DNA of 64,000 bases, from the NCBI GenBank assembly GCA_036274155.1, contig DASUGH010000041.1, positions 46,373 to 110,372 of the forward strand. Reading direction: 5' to 3'. Position 1 is the stretch's first letter; each line of letters opens with the position of its first letter. The DNA is from Vicinamibacterales bacterium. Its GTDB lineage: Bacteria > Acidobacteriota > Vicinamibacteria > Vicinamibacterales > UBA2999. A model generated the notes under the pieces. That model made no database searches and was not told the origin of the DNA. It was given only the letters and a program-made list of their open reading frames with translations. Made by a program: the position numbers and the translations under genes. Positions 14,335-24,373 of this stretch are shown one piece after another.

Positions 14335-16722
14335 ATGACGACACGCGCGGTCCGATCGGTCGTGGGGGTCGCTCTCGTCGGCGTCCTCGCCAGCATCCTG
14401 GCGGCACGCGCGTCGACGCAGAGTCCTGCGGCGACTCACCGGGCCACGATCGACCAGTACTGCGTCACCTGCCATAACGAGAGGCTGAAGACCGGCGGCC
14501 TCGCACTCGACACGCTGGACATCGCGAGCGTCGGCAGCCACGCGGAGACCTGGGAGAAGGTCGTCCTGAAGCTGCGTGTCGGTGCCATGCCGCCGCACGG
14601 GGTGCGGCGGCCGGACGCCGCCGCCACCGACAGCCTGGTTGCATGGCTCGAAGCCGGGCTCGATCGCGCCCACCCGCCGACGCCAGGGCGGCCGACGCTG
14701 CGGCGACTCAATCGCGCGGAATACGCCAACGCCATCCGCGATCTCCTCGGCCTGGACGTCGACGTCGCGTCGCTGCTGCCGCCCGATGTTTCGGCGTTCG
14801 GCTTCGACAACGTCGCCGACGCGCAGGGCAGCTCACCGGCGCTGCTGCAGGCCTACCTGGCAGCGGCGCGGAAGATCAGCGCCGTCGCGGTCGGCGATCC
14901 GCGCGTTGGCGTCGGCAGCGAGACCTACTCCGCCCGCCAGGATCTGTCCCAGGACGTACACCTCGAGGGACTGCCGCTCGGAACGGTCGGCGGTCTTCGC
15001 GCGCGCCACACGTTCCCGGTGGACGGCGAGTACGAGTTCCAGGTGCGTCTCTTCCGCACCAATCTCAGCGCCATCCGCGGGCTCGAGGATCCGCAGGAGC
15101 TCGACCTCTCCCTTGACGGACAGCCGATCCTCCATGCCGCAATCGGCGGCGAAAAGGATCTGATCGCGCTGCAGACCAATCCCACTGATACCTCCGATGC
15201 GCTCGAGGCATCGCGGCTGCGCATCCGCCGGTTCGTCGCGGCCGGCCAGCGCGATCTCGCGGCAGCGTTCATCGAGAAGACCTCGCCGCGCTTCGAGACC
15301 AATCGGCTGCAGCGCTTCGTTCGCGACTTCGCGAACCCCTTCGATGCCGAGGGTGCGCCGCATGTCCAGTCGATAACGGTGATTGGCCCGTTTACGGTGA
15401 AGACGGGCGGCGCTCCGCCGAGTGCGAGCGTGACCACCTGCCGTCCCGGGGCGGCGCTCAGCGAGGAGGCGTGCGCGAAGAGGATTCTCGCCGCACTTGC
15501 CGGCCGCGCCTACCGCCGGCTTCTGCCGAACGGTGAACTGGACGACCTGCTCGAGTACTACCGTCAGGGCCGGGCGACCGGCGGCTTCCGCGACGGTATT
15601 CAGTTCGGCCTGCGCCGGATCCTCGCAAGCCCATCGTTCGTCTTCCGGCCCGAGTCCGAGCCGCCCTCGATACCCGACGGCGAGGCGTATCGCATCAACG
15701 ACTTCGAGCTCGCCACTCGCCTCTCGTTCCTCTGGTGGAGCAGCTTGCCGGACGAGACGCTGATGCGCCTGGCCATCGAGGGCCAGTTGAAGAAGCGTGA
15801 CGTGCTGGCGACCGAGGTGCGGCGGATGCTCGCCGATGGCCGCCGATCGGCGTTCGTCGGTAATTTCACCGGCCAGTGGCTGCAGCTGCGCAACCTGCGC
15901 GGCAAGGCACCGAACTCGGATCTCTTCCCCGATTTCGACGACAACCTGCGCCAGGCGTTCCAGCGGGAGGCGGAGCTGTTCTTCGAGAGCATCGTTACCG
16001 AAGACCGGAGCGTGCTCGATCTGATCACGGGAGACTACACGTTCGTCAACGAGCGCCTGGCACGGCACTACGGCATCCCCAACGTCGTTGGAAGCTGGTT
16101 CCGGCGCGTGCCGCTTCGCGACGAGGCGCGCCGCGGCATCCTCGGAAAGGGAGCCTTCCTGCTCGTCACGTCGCATCCGACGACCACATCGCCCGTGCTG
16201 CGCGGCAAGTGGGTGCTCGAGAACATCATCGGATCGCCGCCGCCGGCGCCACCCGGCGACCTCGACACGGCGCTCAAATCCGATCCTCCGGGGGCGCCGC
16301 CGAAGACGATGCGGGCGCAGATGGAGCGACATAGAAACAACCCTGCGTGTGCCAGCTGCCACCAGGTCATGGATCCGATCGGCTTCGCCCTCGAGAACTT
16401 CGACGTCGTCGGCGCCTGGCGCACGCACGACGCTGCGGGCCTGCCGATCGACGCAGCCGGCGCGCTGACCGATGGGACGAAGGTCGAGGGCGTCGCCGGA
16501 CTTCGCACCGCGCTGCTGAGGCGGCCGGACGTGTTCGTACAGACGTTTACCGAAAAGCTGATGATTTACGCGCTCGGGCGAGGGCTGACGTACGAAGACA
16601 TGCCGCAGGTGAGAAAGATCGTAGGGGACGCGGCTGCAAAGGGGTATCGTTTCTCAGCGCTGGCCCAGGGGATCGTGGACAGCGTGCCCTTTCAGATGCG
16701 CATCGCGGATCGAAGACGGTAG
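14335..16722 (+). CDS. DUF1592/DUF1588/DUF1595-family protein with N-terminal heme-c motif
   Basis: Signal peptide, then YCVTCHNERLKTGGLALD (CxxCH). The long body carries characteristic blocks (FFxSIVTEDRSVLDL, DYTFVNERLARHYGI, GILG.GAFL..TS....TSPV.RGKWVLEN, CASCH..MDP.GFALENFD). Confidence 0.85.
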   Translation: MTTRAVRSVVGVALVGVLASILAARASTQSPAATHRATIDQYCVTCHNERLKTGGLALDTLDIASVGSHAETWEKVVLKLRVGAMPPHGVRRPDAAATDSLVAWLEAGLDRAHPPTPGRPTLRRLNRAEYANAIRDLLGLDVDVASLLPPDVSAFGFDNVADAQGSSPALLQAYLAAARKISAVAVGDPRVGVGSETYSARQDLSQDVHLEGLPLGTVGGLRARHTFPVDGEYEFQVRLFRTNLSAIRGLEDPQELDLSLDGQPILHAAIGGEKDLIALQTNPTDTSDALEASRLRIRRFVAAGQRDLAAAFIEKTSPRFETNRLQRFVRDFANPFDAEGAPHVQSITVIGPFTVKTGGAPPSASVTTCRPGAALSEEACAKRILAALAGRAYRRLLPNGELDDLLEYYRQGRATGGFRDGIQFGLRRILASPSFVFRPESEPPSIPDGEAYRINDFELATRLSFLWWSSLPDETLMRLAIEGQLKKRDVLATEVRRMLADGRRSAFVGNFTGQWLQLRNLRGKAPNSDLFPDFDDNLRQAFQREAELFFESIVTEDRSVLDLITGDYTFVNERLARHYGIPNVVGSWFRRVPLRDEARRGILGKGAFLLVTSHPTTTSPVLRGKWVLENIIGSPPPAPPGDLDTALKSDPPGAPPKTMRAQMERHRNNPACASCHQVMDPIGFALENFDVVGAWRTHDAAGLPIDAAGALTDGTKVEGVAGLRTALLRRPDVFVQTFTEKLMIYALGRGLTYEDMPQVRKIVGDAAAKGYRFSALAQGIVDSVPFQMRIADRRR

Positions 16723-16739
16723 ACACGGCCGGAGACGCC

Positions 16740-18056
16740 ATGTTCATCACGAAGATTGCGCTGCCGCGCCGGACGTTCCTGCGCGGCCTCGGGGCCACGG
16801 TGGCACTGCCATTTCTCGACGCCATGGTGCCCGCCGCCACCGCCCTCGCCCAGACGGCGGCGGCACGTCCGTCGCGGTTCGGCTTCATCTACGTCCCGCA
16901 TGGCGCGGACATGGCGTCGTGGACGCCGACCGCCGCCGGCGCCGGCTTCGACCTGTCGCCGACCTTGAAAGTGCTGGAGCCGTTCCGCGATTCGATGGTC
17001 GTCATCAGCAATCTCAAGCGCGCCGGAGGACAGGCCGAGATGCACGCGGCCGCCGCGAGCGGATGGCTCAGTGGCGCGGTGCCCAAGCGGACGGAAGCCG
17101 AAGACCTTGCCTGCGGAACGTCGATCGATCAGGTGCTGGCCAGGCAGGTCGGGCAGTCGTCGCCGTTTCCCTCGCTCGAGTTCGCCACCGAAGACTTCAC
17201 CGGCTACGTCGGCGGCTGCACGCCGGGATTCAGCTGCGCGTACCACGACTCCATCGCCTGGGCGTCGCCGACGACGCCGCTGCCGATGGAGATCAATCCA
17301 CGGGTGGCCTTCGAGCGGCTGTTCGGCGACGGTGGATCGGACGCGCGGCGCCGCCGGAACCTGCGCGAGGATCGGAGCATCCTCGACGGAATCCTCAGCG
17401 ACATGCGCGCTCTCCAGGCGCGCCTCGGTGCCCATGATCGTGCGCGCGTCGATACCTACCTCGAGGACGTGCGCGAGATCGAACGTCGGATTCAGCGCAA
17501 CGGGGCCCAGCAGCGCGCCGACGTCACCATCGACAAGCCGCTCGGCATTCCCGACTCGTTCGAAGCCCATGTCGGGATGATGACCGACCTGATGAGCGTC
17601 GCCGTGCAGACGGAGCTGACGCAGGTCGTCACGTTCATGATGTCGCGAGAGGGGAGCCAGCGCACCTTCTCGCCAATTGGCGTCGCCGATCCCTGGCACG
17701 TCGTTTCGCACCACGGGGAAAAGGCGGAGAAAATCGCGAGCAACGCCAAGATCAACACCTACTGCCTGCAGATGGTGGCGCGGTTCCTCGAGAAGCTGCG
17801 CGCCACCCCCGACGGCGACGGCTCGATCCTCGACCACTCGCTGATCTTCTACGGGAGCGGCATGGCCAATTCCAACGTGCACGCCACCGACCCGCTGCCG
17901 ATGCTGGCGATCGGCGGCGGCACCGGCGGCAGCCGGCATCTCGTGCTTCCAAAGCAGACGCCGCTCGGAAACCTGTGGCTCACGGTGGCGAACCGGTTTG
18001 GCAGCCCCGTCACCTCCTTCGGCCAGAGCTCGGGCACCGTGGAGCTCTTCGGATGA
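16740..18056 (+). CDS. DUF1552-family protein with Tat signal
   Basis: The start MFITKIALPRRTFLRGLGATVALPFLDAM carries a twin-arginine motif. The body is typical of DUF1552, the partner family of DUF1592. It starts 17 nt after the upstream stop. Confidence 0.85.
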   Translation: MFITKIALPRRTFLRGLGATVALPFLDAMVPAATALAQTAAARPSRFGFIYVPHGADMASWTPTAAGAGFDLSPTLKVLEPFRDSMVVISNLKRAGGQAEMHAAAASGWLSGAVPKRTEAEDLACGTSIDQVLARQVGQSSPFPSLEFATEDFTGYVGGCTPGFSCAYHDSIAWASPTTPLPMEINPRVAFERLFGDGGSDARRRRNLREDRSILDGILSDMRALQARLGAHDRARVDTYLEDVREIERRIQRNGAQQRADVTIDKPLGIPDSFEAHVGMMTDLMSVAVQTELTQVVTFMMSREGSQRTFSPIGVADPWHVVSHHGEKAEKIASNAKINTYCLQMVARFLEKLRATPDGDGSILDHSLIFYGSGMANSNVHATDPLPMLAIGGGTGGSRHLVLPKQTPLGNLWLTVANRFGSPVTSFGQSSGTVELFG

Positions 18057-19567
18057 GAGGCGGTGGGGTCGCGCTCGTCCTGCTGCTCGCGTCGGGCGCC
18101 GCGGCCGGTCACGCCGCGGGTCGCCTCGATCTGATCGAGGCGGTCAAAGCCGGTGACCGCGATGCGGTTCGCGTCCTCACCCGGCAGCGGTCGGCGCTCG
18201 AGGCTACTGAGCCGGACGGCACGTCGGCCCTGCACTGGGCCGTGCGCGGCGGCGATCATGCGGTGACAAATCTCCTCCTGCGCGCCGGCGCCAATGCCAA
18301 CGCGGCAACTCGATACGGGGTCACGCCGCTCTCGCTGGCAGCGCGCAACGGTGATGCAGGGCTGATTCGGCGGCTTCTCGGGGCGGGAGCCAGGGTGCAG
18401 GCTGCGGAGGCCGCGTTACCCGAGCATCAGACGCTGCTGATGCTCGCTGCACCGACTGGGAACGTCGCCGCGCTCGAGGCGCTCCTCGCCGGCGGATCCA
18501 ATCCGAACGGGAGGGAGAGCCGCACTGGAACGACGGCGGTCGTCTGGGCGGCATCGAGCAACCGCGGAGAAGCGGTGCGCACCCTCGTCGCGCGGGGCGC
18601 CGACCCGAACGTGGTCTCTACGGTTACCGCGTATCCGCACACGCAGGCCGGCGTGCTGCTCACCGGCCTCGAAGAAGGCGTCTCGTACGTCGGCCAGACG
18701 GTGCTGCCAAAGGGCGGCTGGTCCGCTGTGATGTATGCGGCGCGCGAAGGCGCCGTCGATGCCGTGCGCGCGCTCGCCGAATCGGGCGCCAACCTGGACC
18801 TGGCCGATCCGGAAGGCACTACAGCGCTCATCATCGGCGTCATCAACGGGCACGCCGAGGTCGTCTCGGCGCTGCTCGACAAGGGTGCCAACCCCAACCT
18901 CGCCGACATCAAGGGAATGACCCCGCTCTACGCCGCCGTGGACATGCACACGATCGCGAACACGTTCGGAAGGCCATATCCGCCGCGCGATGTCATCGAG
19001 GGGAGCGTCGGCATGGCAGCCAGGCTGCTCGCAGCAGGCGCCAACCCCAACGCGCGGCTGAAAGCCCCGATCCTCAAGCGTGTGTACGACGCCGGCGACG
19101 GCCGCCTCGGCGAAGGGAGCACGCCGCTGATGCGGGCGGCACGCAAGTGCGATGCGGTCATGATGAAGCTGCTGCTCGAGGCCGGCGCCGACGTCTCGCT
19201 CGCGCAGAAGACTGGCAACACGGCGCTCATCCTCTGTGCCGGTGCCGTGTCGGCGGGAGACGGCGAAGACAACCCCGAGCGCGTCAGCGAACAGGAAGCG
19301 CTGGCGGCAATCCGCCTCGCGCTCGACGCCGGCGCCGACGTCAACACGGCGAGCAACAATGGCGATACGGCGCTGCACACGGCAGCTTCGACCGCCGGCG
19401 GTCTCCCGTCCGTCATCCGTCTTCTCGTGGAGAGAGGCGGCCGGCTCGACGTGAAGAACAAGGCAGGCCGCACACCGCTGGATGCGGCACTCAGGGCGCG
19501 GCAGCGCAACGAGCAGACGATCGCGCTGTTACGTGAGTTGGGAGGCGTGGCGTCCGATCAGCGCTGA
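18053..19567 (+). CDS. Secreted ankyrin-repeat protein
   Basis: ATG 18053 overlaps the TGA of the upstream gene (ATGA). Signal-like MRGGGVALVLLLASGAAAGHAAG, then more than 10 ANK repeats (G.TALHWA...G....LL..GA..N). Confidence 0.8.
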   Translation: MRGGGVALVLLLASGAAAGHAAGRLDLIEAVKAGDRDAVRVLTRQRSALEATEPDGTSALHWAVRGGDHAVTNLLLRAGANANAATRYGVTPLSLAARNGDAGLIRRLLGAGARVQAAEAALPEHQTLLMLAAPTGNVAALEALLAGGSNPNGRESRTGTTAVVWAASSNRGEAVRTLVARGADPNVVSTVTAYPHTQAGVLLTGLEEGVSYVGQTVLPKGGWSAVMYAAREGAVDAVRALAESGANLDLADPEGTTALIIGVINGHAEVVSALLDKGANPNLADIKGMTPLYAAVDMHTIANTFGRPYPPRDVIEGSVGMAARLLAAGANPNARLKAPILKRVYDAGDGRLGEGSTPLMRAARKCDAVMMKLLLEAGADVSLAQKTGNTALILCAGAVSAGDGEDNPERVSEQEALAAIRLALDAGADVNTASNNGDTALHTAASTAGGLPSVIRLLVERGGRLDVKNKAGRTPLDAALRARQRNEQTIALLRELGGVASDQR

Positions 19568-20071
19568 CCGACACGGCAGAAGGGTCAGGTCACTATCACG
19601 GACTTCACCCGCTTCCCCACCGACGCGCAGATTCGGTGGGCGGACCGGACTCGAGGCGAGGTGGCGGTGTCCACGCCACCCTCCAGTCGCCGCCACATCG
19701 TCATCGTGCTCTGTTCATCGGGAGCCAATCGCCTGCAGCTGACGGTACGGTTCCACGAGTCGCACATCGATCGGCGAACGGTGCGCACGATGATGGAGCA
19801 TGCGCTCAGTCCGGCAGGCTTTCGACTGACCGACGAGGTCTCTCCGCTCGGATCCTCTGAGCGAGCCGCTATTTGAGAGCCTCCGCATCCTCCAGCAGGA
19901 CGGCTCACGACGTCAGGTCAGGGCGTATCGGTCCGGAACAGCCGCGTCCCATTGCCGGACAGCCGGCAAGCGAAGGACCCGGTAGCGTGGTCGTCAGGCG
20001 GACGCCGCTGGTCCGGCACGGTCCTTGATCCGTCGGCTACCCTGCATCCCCTTACAGGGAAAGGCCCGCTG

Positions 20072-22540
20072 ATGTTCGAAACGATCTGGCAGGACCTGCG
20101 ACACGGGGCGCGAATGCTGGTGAAGAATCCGGGCTTCGCGCTGATCGGCGTCATGTCGATCGCCATCGGCGTCGGGGCGAACGCCGCGATGTTCAGCATC
20201 GCCGACGGGCTGGTGCTTCGCCCGCTGCCGGTGCCGGCGCCGAACGGAGTGTTGTCGATCGCCGCGACGACTCCCACGGGAGAATTGCGCATCGGCGGCA
20301 TCTCGTACCCGGACTACACGGATCTCCGCAGCCGCTCGCGCAGCTTCGACGATCTGGCCGCCGCCGACGGCCTGATCATCAGCTTCGCGCGCCACCGCGA
20401 CGAACCGGCACGCGGCACCTGGGGAGCCGCCGTCAGTGCCAACTTCTTCGACGTGCTGAGGGTACGGCCGGCGCTCGGCCGGACGTTCGCGCGCGAGGAA
20501 GATCGCGTCCCGGGGCGCGATGCCGTCGTCGTGCTCGGACATCACGCATGGACCGAGCAGTTTGGCGCCGACCCCGGCATCGTCGGCCGCGAAATCCGTC
20601 TGAGCGGCAGGGTGTTCACGATCATCGGTGTCGCTCCGGAAGAATTCACCGGCCTCGGCCTCTACCTCTCACCCGCCTTCTACGTGCCGATGGCGATGCT
20701 GCCCGTGCTGAATCCCGACGCGATGGATCGGATCCTCGAGCAGCGCGACTTTCGAACCCTTCAGGTCGTCGGCAGGTTGCGCTCGAACGTCTCGCTCGCC
20801 CAGGCGAGGCAGGAGGTCGAGCGCATCTCGCGCGATCTGCAGCGGGAATTCCCGGCGACGAACGAGCGCCACGGGCTTCTGGTCAGAACGCAGATGCAGG
20901 CGAGGTTCGACGAGAACCCACAAATCGCCGGCTTCAGCCTCATCCTGATCGGCATGGCGCTGGCCGTCCTGCTCGTGGCCTGCGCCAACGTCGCCGGCCT
21001 GCTCACGAGCCGCGCGCCGCTGCGGGCGCGGGAGGTGGCGGTGCGACTGGCAATCGGCGGCAGCCGGGTGCGGCTCGTACGCCAGCTCATCACCGAGTGT
21101 GCGCTGCTGGCGGTCGCCGGCGGTGCGGCGGGACTCGCCGTGGGCTACGGCATCATCCGTCTGTTCGAGCAGTTCCAGATCGTGACCGACATCGGCGTCA
21201 AGTTCACGTACGTGCTGGATCAACGCGCGCTCACTGTCGGGGTCACGATCGCCGCCGTCAGCGCGCTGCTCTCCAGCATCGTGCCGGCATGGCGCACCAC
21301 GCGAGCCGGCGATCTCTCGGGCACGCTCCGGAACACGACGGCGCCAGCGACAAAAGGCGCACGCCTGTGGGGGCGTCATGGACTCGTCGCCGTGCAGATC
21401 GCGCTGACCCTCGCCGTACTGACGGCAGCGCTGTCATTCTATCGGGCGTTCCAGGCCGAGTACGGGAACGGGACAGGATTCCGGACGGATCACGTTCTCC
21501 TCACGAGTCTCGATCCAGGACTCGCACGCTACGACCAGCAGCAGAGCGACAGCTTCTACCGTCTTCTGAAGGAGCGTGTGGCGAGCAGGCCCGGCGTCAC
21601 GTCTGTCGCGCTGACGTCGTTCGTCCCGTTGACGCAGGACGGCGGTGATCGCGCCACCATCGTTCCCGAGGGGTTCGTGCTGCCACCGGGCGTCGACGAC
21701 ATCACCGTCGCCGCGGCGCGAATCGACGAGGGCTACTTCACGTCCATCGGAATCCCGATGCTCGCCGGGCGCGGTTTCCTGAACACCGACACGGCCGACG
21801 CACCTCGCGTCGCAATCGTCAGCCGCGGGATGGCATCGCGCTATTGGCCCGACGAGAATCCGATCGGCAAGCGTCTCCGTCTCGTGGGCTCGGACGCGAC
21901 GTGGGCAGAGGTCGTCGGCGTTGCCTCCGACGTCAAGATCAGACTGTTCGCTTCTCGCTCGACACCCATCCTCTACTTACCCCGCCTTCAGAACCCGATC
22001 ACCCGAAGCACGTTGATCGTGCGAACGGCCATCGAATCCGCGGCCGCAGCGGCAGACGTCCGCGCCGCGATCCTGGAGACAGACCGCAACGTCCCGATTC
22101 TCGGCATGGAGACGATGGAGGCCTTCTATCACGGGAACGCGAAGAACCTGAACACGGTAGTCGTTCGCACAATCGGCACCATGGGGACGATGGGTCTCGT
22201 GCTGGCACTCGTCGGCCTTTACGGGCTGGCTGCGTACTCCGTAAGCCGCAGGACCCGCGAGATCGGTATTCGTATGGCGATGGGAGCGTTGCCGGAGTCG
22301 GTACTGCGAATGGTGCTTCGCCAGAGCTCCGTGCCGGCCATCTCGGGGATCGTGTCTGGCGTGGTGGCGAGCTTCCTCGCCGGCAGGACGATGCAGAGCA
22401 TCATCCCGAATACCGCGGCGGATACCGTCACCTACCTCCTGATCGTCCCGGCCGTCGTCATGGTGCTGATGCTGGCGGCGTACATCCCGGCGCGGCGTGC
22501 CGCCCACATCGATCCGCTGCGCGCGCTGCGCCAGGATTAG
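20072..22540 (+). CDS. ADOP-family duplicated FtsX/MacB-type ABC transporter permease
   Basis: The start MFETIWQDLRHGARMLVKNPGFALIGVMSIAIGVGANAAMFS is stereotyped for this family. There are two MacB_PCD/FtsX halves and the C-terminus ends ...PARRAAHIDPLRALRQD. Confidence 0.9.
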   Translation: MFETIWQDLRHGARMLVKNPGFALIGVMSIAIGVGANAAMFSIADGLVLRPLPVPAPNGVLSIAATTPTGELRIGGISYPDYTDLRSRSRSFDDLAAADGLIISFARHRDEPARGTWGAAVSANFFDVLRVRPALGRTFAREEDRVPGRDAVVVLGHHAWTEQFGADPGIVGREIRLSGRVFTIIGVAPEEFTGLGLYLSPAFYVPMAMLPVLNPDAMDRILEQRDFRTLQVVGRLRSNVSLAQARQEVERISRDLQREFPATNERHGLLVRTQMQARFDENPQIAGFSLILIGMALAVLLVACANVAGLLTSRAPLRAREVAVRLAIGGSRVRLVRQLITECALLAVAGGAAGLAVGYGIIRLFEQFQIVTDIGVKFTYVLDQRALTVGVTIAAVSALLSSIVPAWRTTRAGDLSGTLRNTTAPATKGARLWGRHGLVAVQIALTLAVLTAALSFYRAFQAEYGNGTGFRTDHVLLTSLDPGLARYDQQQSDSFYRLLKERVASRPGVTSVALTSFVPLTQDGGDRATIVPEGFVLPPGVDDITVAAARIDEGYFTSIGIPMLAGRGFLNTDTADAPRVAIVSRGMASRYWPDENPIGKRLRLVGSDATWAEVVGVASDVKIRLFASRSTPILYLPRLQNPITRSTLIVRTAIESAAAAADVRAAILETDRNVPILGMETMEAFYHGNAKNLNTVVVRTIGTMGTMGLVLALVGLYGLAAYSVSRRTREIGIRMAMGALPESVLRMVLRQSSVPAISGIVSGVVASFLAGRTMQSIIPNTAADTVTYLLIVPAVVMVLMLAAYIPARRAAHIDPLRALRQD

Positions 22541-22563
22541 TCCGCCTGAAGCTTCAGCCGGAC
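22540..22563. terminator. Bidirectional hairpin between convergent genes (REP-related)
   Basis: GTCCGCCTGAAGCTTCAGCCGGAC is a palindromic stem with one C-C mismatch. It fills the 25-nt gap between the stops at 22540 and 22566. There is no U-tract. Confidence 0.5.
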
Positions 22564-22565
22564 CA

Positions 22566-23390
22566 TCAGCTCTGCACCCAGAGCTGTGGCTTTCCCGTTC
22601 CGTCGTCGGTGCCCTTGATGTACCAGTTCTTGCCCAGCGGGTCATGGTCCATCGTGGTGACGAAGTCGAACGGTGCCTGGAACTCGATGTAATCGAAGCC
22701 GGTGTCGGACGCGATCAGCTGGTGCCACTCGCCGGCGGGAATGAGGACGAGGCTGCCCGGGCCTACCGGAAGGGTGCCGGCGTCGTGCTTCACTTCGCCC
22801 CTGCCCTTCTCGATCAGATAGAAATGCTCTGGCGTGACCGACCCGGCGGCGCGATGCACGTGGCGCGGCGAGTGCGCGTGCGGTGCATACGCCATCCGTC
22901 CGATCTGCAGATCCCATGAATCGGACAGCCCGGTTTCCTTGTTGACCCAGAAGGTGCGCACCCGGAACCCCTTCTCGTCGATCAACGATCGAAGCCGACT
23001 CTCTTCGAACGAGTAGCCGGACGGCGCAGCGCCGGCTCCCGCCTTGCCAACGTGCTTCGGGACGGTGACGAGCAGCAGGGTCAGAGGACTGTCGGCAGCG
23101 GTGATAGAGGCTTTCTCGCCGGGCTCCAGATAGATGCCGTGGCGGCGCTCGGCGCTGCGCTCAACCGGCTTGCCGGCGGCGGTGTGAGAAATCCTCGCGT
23201 CCTTCCCTTCGAGGATGTACGCGACCAGCGTGCGATCGCCGGGAACAAGGCGACACGTTCCGCCGGGCTGAACGTCTTCGATCGCTACCTCGGCTCTCGT
23301 TCGCTCGTCGTCGGGACCAAGGATCTTCCTGACGTGTCCCTCTGGAACCGGGATCCGCGTCCGGCTCTCGATGTCGATGACCTTGATCAT
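22566..23390 (-). CDS. Bicupin-domain protein
   Basis: Two cupin-like halves. The second has H.H...E..Y...G.G (HAHSPRHVHRAAGSVTPEHFYLIEKGRGEV) and a later G....IPAGEWH motif. Confidence 0.7.
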   Translation of the reverse strand: MIKVIDIESRTRIPVPEGHVRKILGPDDERTRAEVAIEDVQPGGTCRLVPGDRTLVAYILEGKDARISHTAAGKPVERSAERRHGIYLEPGEKASITAADSPLTLLLVTVPKHVGKAGAGAAPSGYSFEESRLRSLIDEKGFRVRTFWVNKETGLSDSWDLQIGRMAYAPHAHSPRHVHRAAGSVTPEHFYLIEKGRGEVKHDAGTLPVGPGSLVLIPAGEWHQLIASDTGFDYIEFQAPFDFVTTMDHDPLGKNWYIKGTDDGTGKPQLWVQS

Positions 23391-23526
23391 GGGTATGCTC
23401 GTGCTCCGGCAGTGAAACTGCCGATTTATAGCACGGCGATGGGCGGGACGGCCGAAAGCGACTCTCCACCGGACGCCACCCGCAATCGAATCGTCCCGAT
23501 GTGAGTGACGTCCGGCGATCGCCCCT

Positions 23527-24330
23527 CTAGCGAACCGTGAGCGTCCCCTCCAGCTGCAGCTCGGCCAGGCTGTAATAGTCGAACTGGCTCGTGATCAGCG
23601 CGCCCGACGTGCTCGTGCAGCCGCCAGGTCCGCTGTCGCTGTAGACCCGCTGTGACCTGACCGGGCGCGACGCCGTAGTCCAGGGCCGCACGCTCCAGGC
23701 GCCCAGACGTCGAACGATGGTCGGCGGCAGCAGTTCTTCCTGCGCAATCACCGCGAGATAGGGCTCACCCACGCAGTTTGGCAACAGGTAGTACTGCTTC
23801 ATCGTGAGCCCCGCGGCCGCGCCGTCAGGGTGCAGTTCGGCCACGCTCTTCGAGCCGTCCGGCAATGTCAGGACGACGTTGTACGCGTCGATCATCGGCC
23901 CAAGGTCGTAGCCCTGGGCGTTGAACACGTGCAGACTCGTCCCTTGCGTTCCGGGAGGTCCCGGAGGTCCAGCGGGGCCCTGTGGACCCTGCGGTCCGAC
24001 GGCTCCCGGCTGTCCAGGCGCTCCCGTGGCGCCCGGTTGTCCAGGCGCTCCAGCGGAACCCTGCGGTCCCTGCGGACCCGCAGGGCCCTGAAGACCCTGG
24101 GGACCTTGTGGTCCCTGTGGTCCCCGTGGTCCTTGCGGTCCGGCCGGGCCAACGACGTTCCACTCGATTGCCGTCTCCGACGGCTTGCAGTCGTCCGCCA
24201 CGCGAAGCTGGCCCTGGGGTCCCACGCAACCGTGAATGCTGTCGTTGGAATTGCCCTGCGCGCTGGCGAACACGCCGTACCCGACAGCCATCACCGCCGT
24301 AGTGCATGCCGCTTGCGTCCAGATCCGCAT
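23527..24330 (-). CDS. Collagen-like triple-helix-repeat protein, secreted
   Basis: GGAGG SD-like sequence 8 nt before ATG 24330, and a signal peptide. The N-terminal block is [27 protein letters not shown], followed by 23 uninterrupted G-X-Y triplets ([12 protein letters not shown]...GPPGTQG) and a roughly 150-aa globular C-terminal domain. Confidence 0.85.
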   Translation of the reverse strand: MRIWTQAACTTAVMAVGYGVFASAQGNSNDSIHGCVGPQGQLRVADDCKPSETAIEWNVVGPAGPQGPRGPQGPQGPQGLQGPAGPQGPQGSAGAPGQPGATGAPGQPGAVGPQGPQGPAGPPGPPGTQGTSLHVFNAQGYDLGPMIDAYNVVLTLPDGSKSVAELHPDGAAAGLTMKQYYLLPNCVGEPYLAVIAQEELLPPTIVRRLGAWSVRPWTTASRPVRSQRVYSDSGPGGCTSTSGALITSQFDYYSLAELQLEGTLTVR

Positions 24331-24373
24331 TTGAGACCTACCTCCGAAAGGTTGCCGGACGGGGGGTCTCTGC

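Noticed and set aside
14833-16428. 531-aa minus-strand ORF inside the DUF1592-family gene. Similar long ORFs occur at 16692..17939 (-), 43390..45093 (-), 42681..44441 (+), 46545..47867 (-), 56856..57887 (-), 61992..63044 (+), 26854..28506 (+), 38379..39941 (+), 11184..12254 (+) and 60385..61293 (-).
   Set aside because: All are Arg/Ala/Pro/Gly-rich and lack motifs. Each overlaps a gene on the other strand or frame that has strong family signatures.
19661-19876. 71-aa plus-strand ORF in the long spacer before the ADOP permease.
   Set aside because: It has no SD-like sequence and I recognise no family for it. Its third-position GC is noticeably weaker than in neighbouring genes. It is kept only as a remark in the finding on that spacer.
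23892-24152. Highly repetitive nucleotide stretch (GGNCCN periodicity), with several overlapping ORFs in both strands.
   Set aside because: This is the coding sequence of the G-X-Y collagen-like tract of 23527..24330, not a non-coding repeat. The alternative-frame ORFs are by-products.
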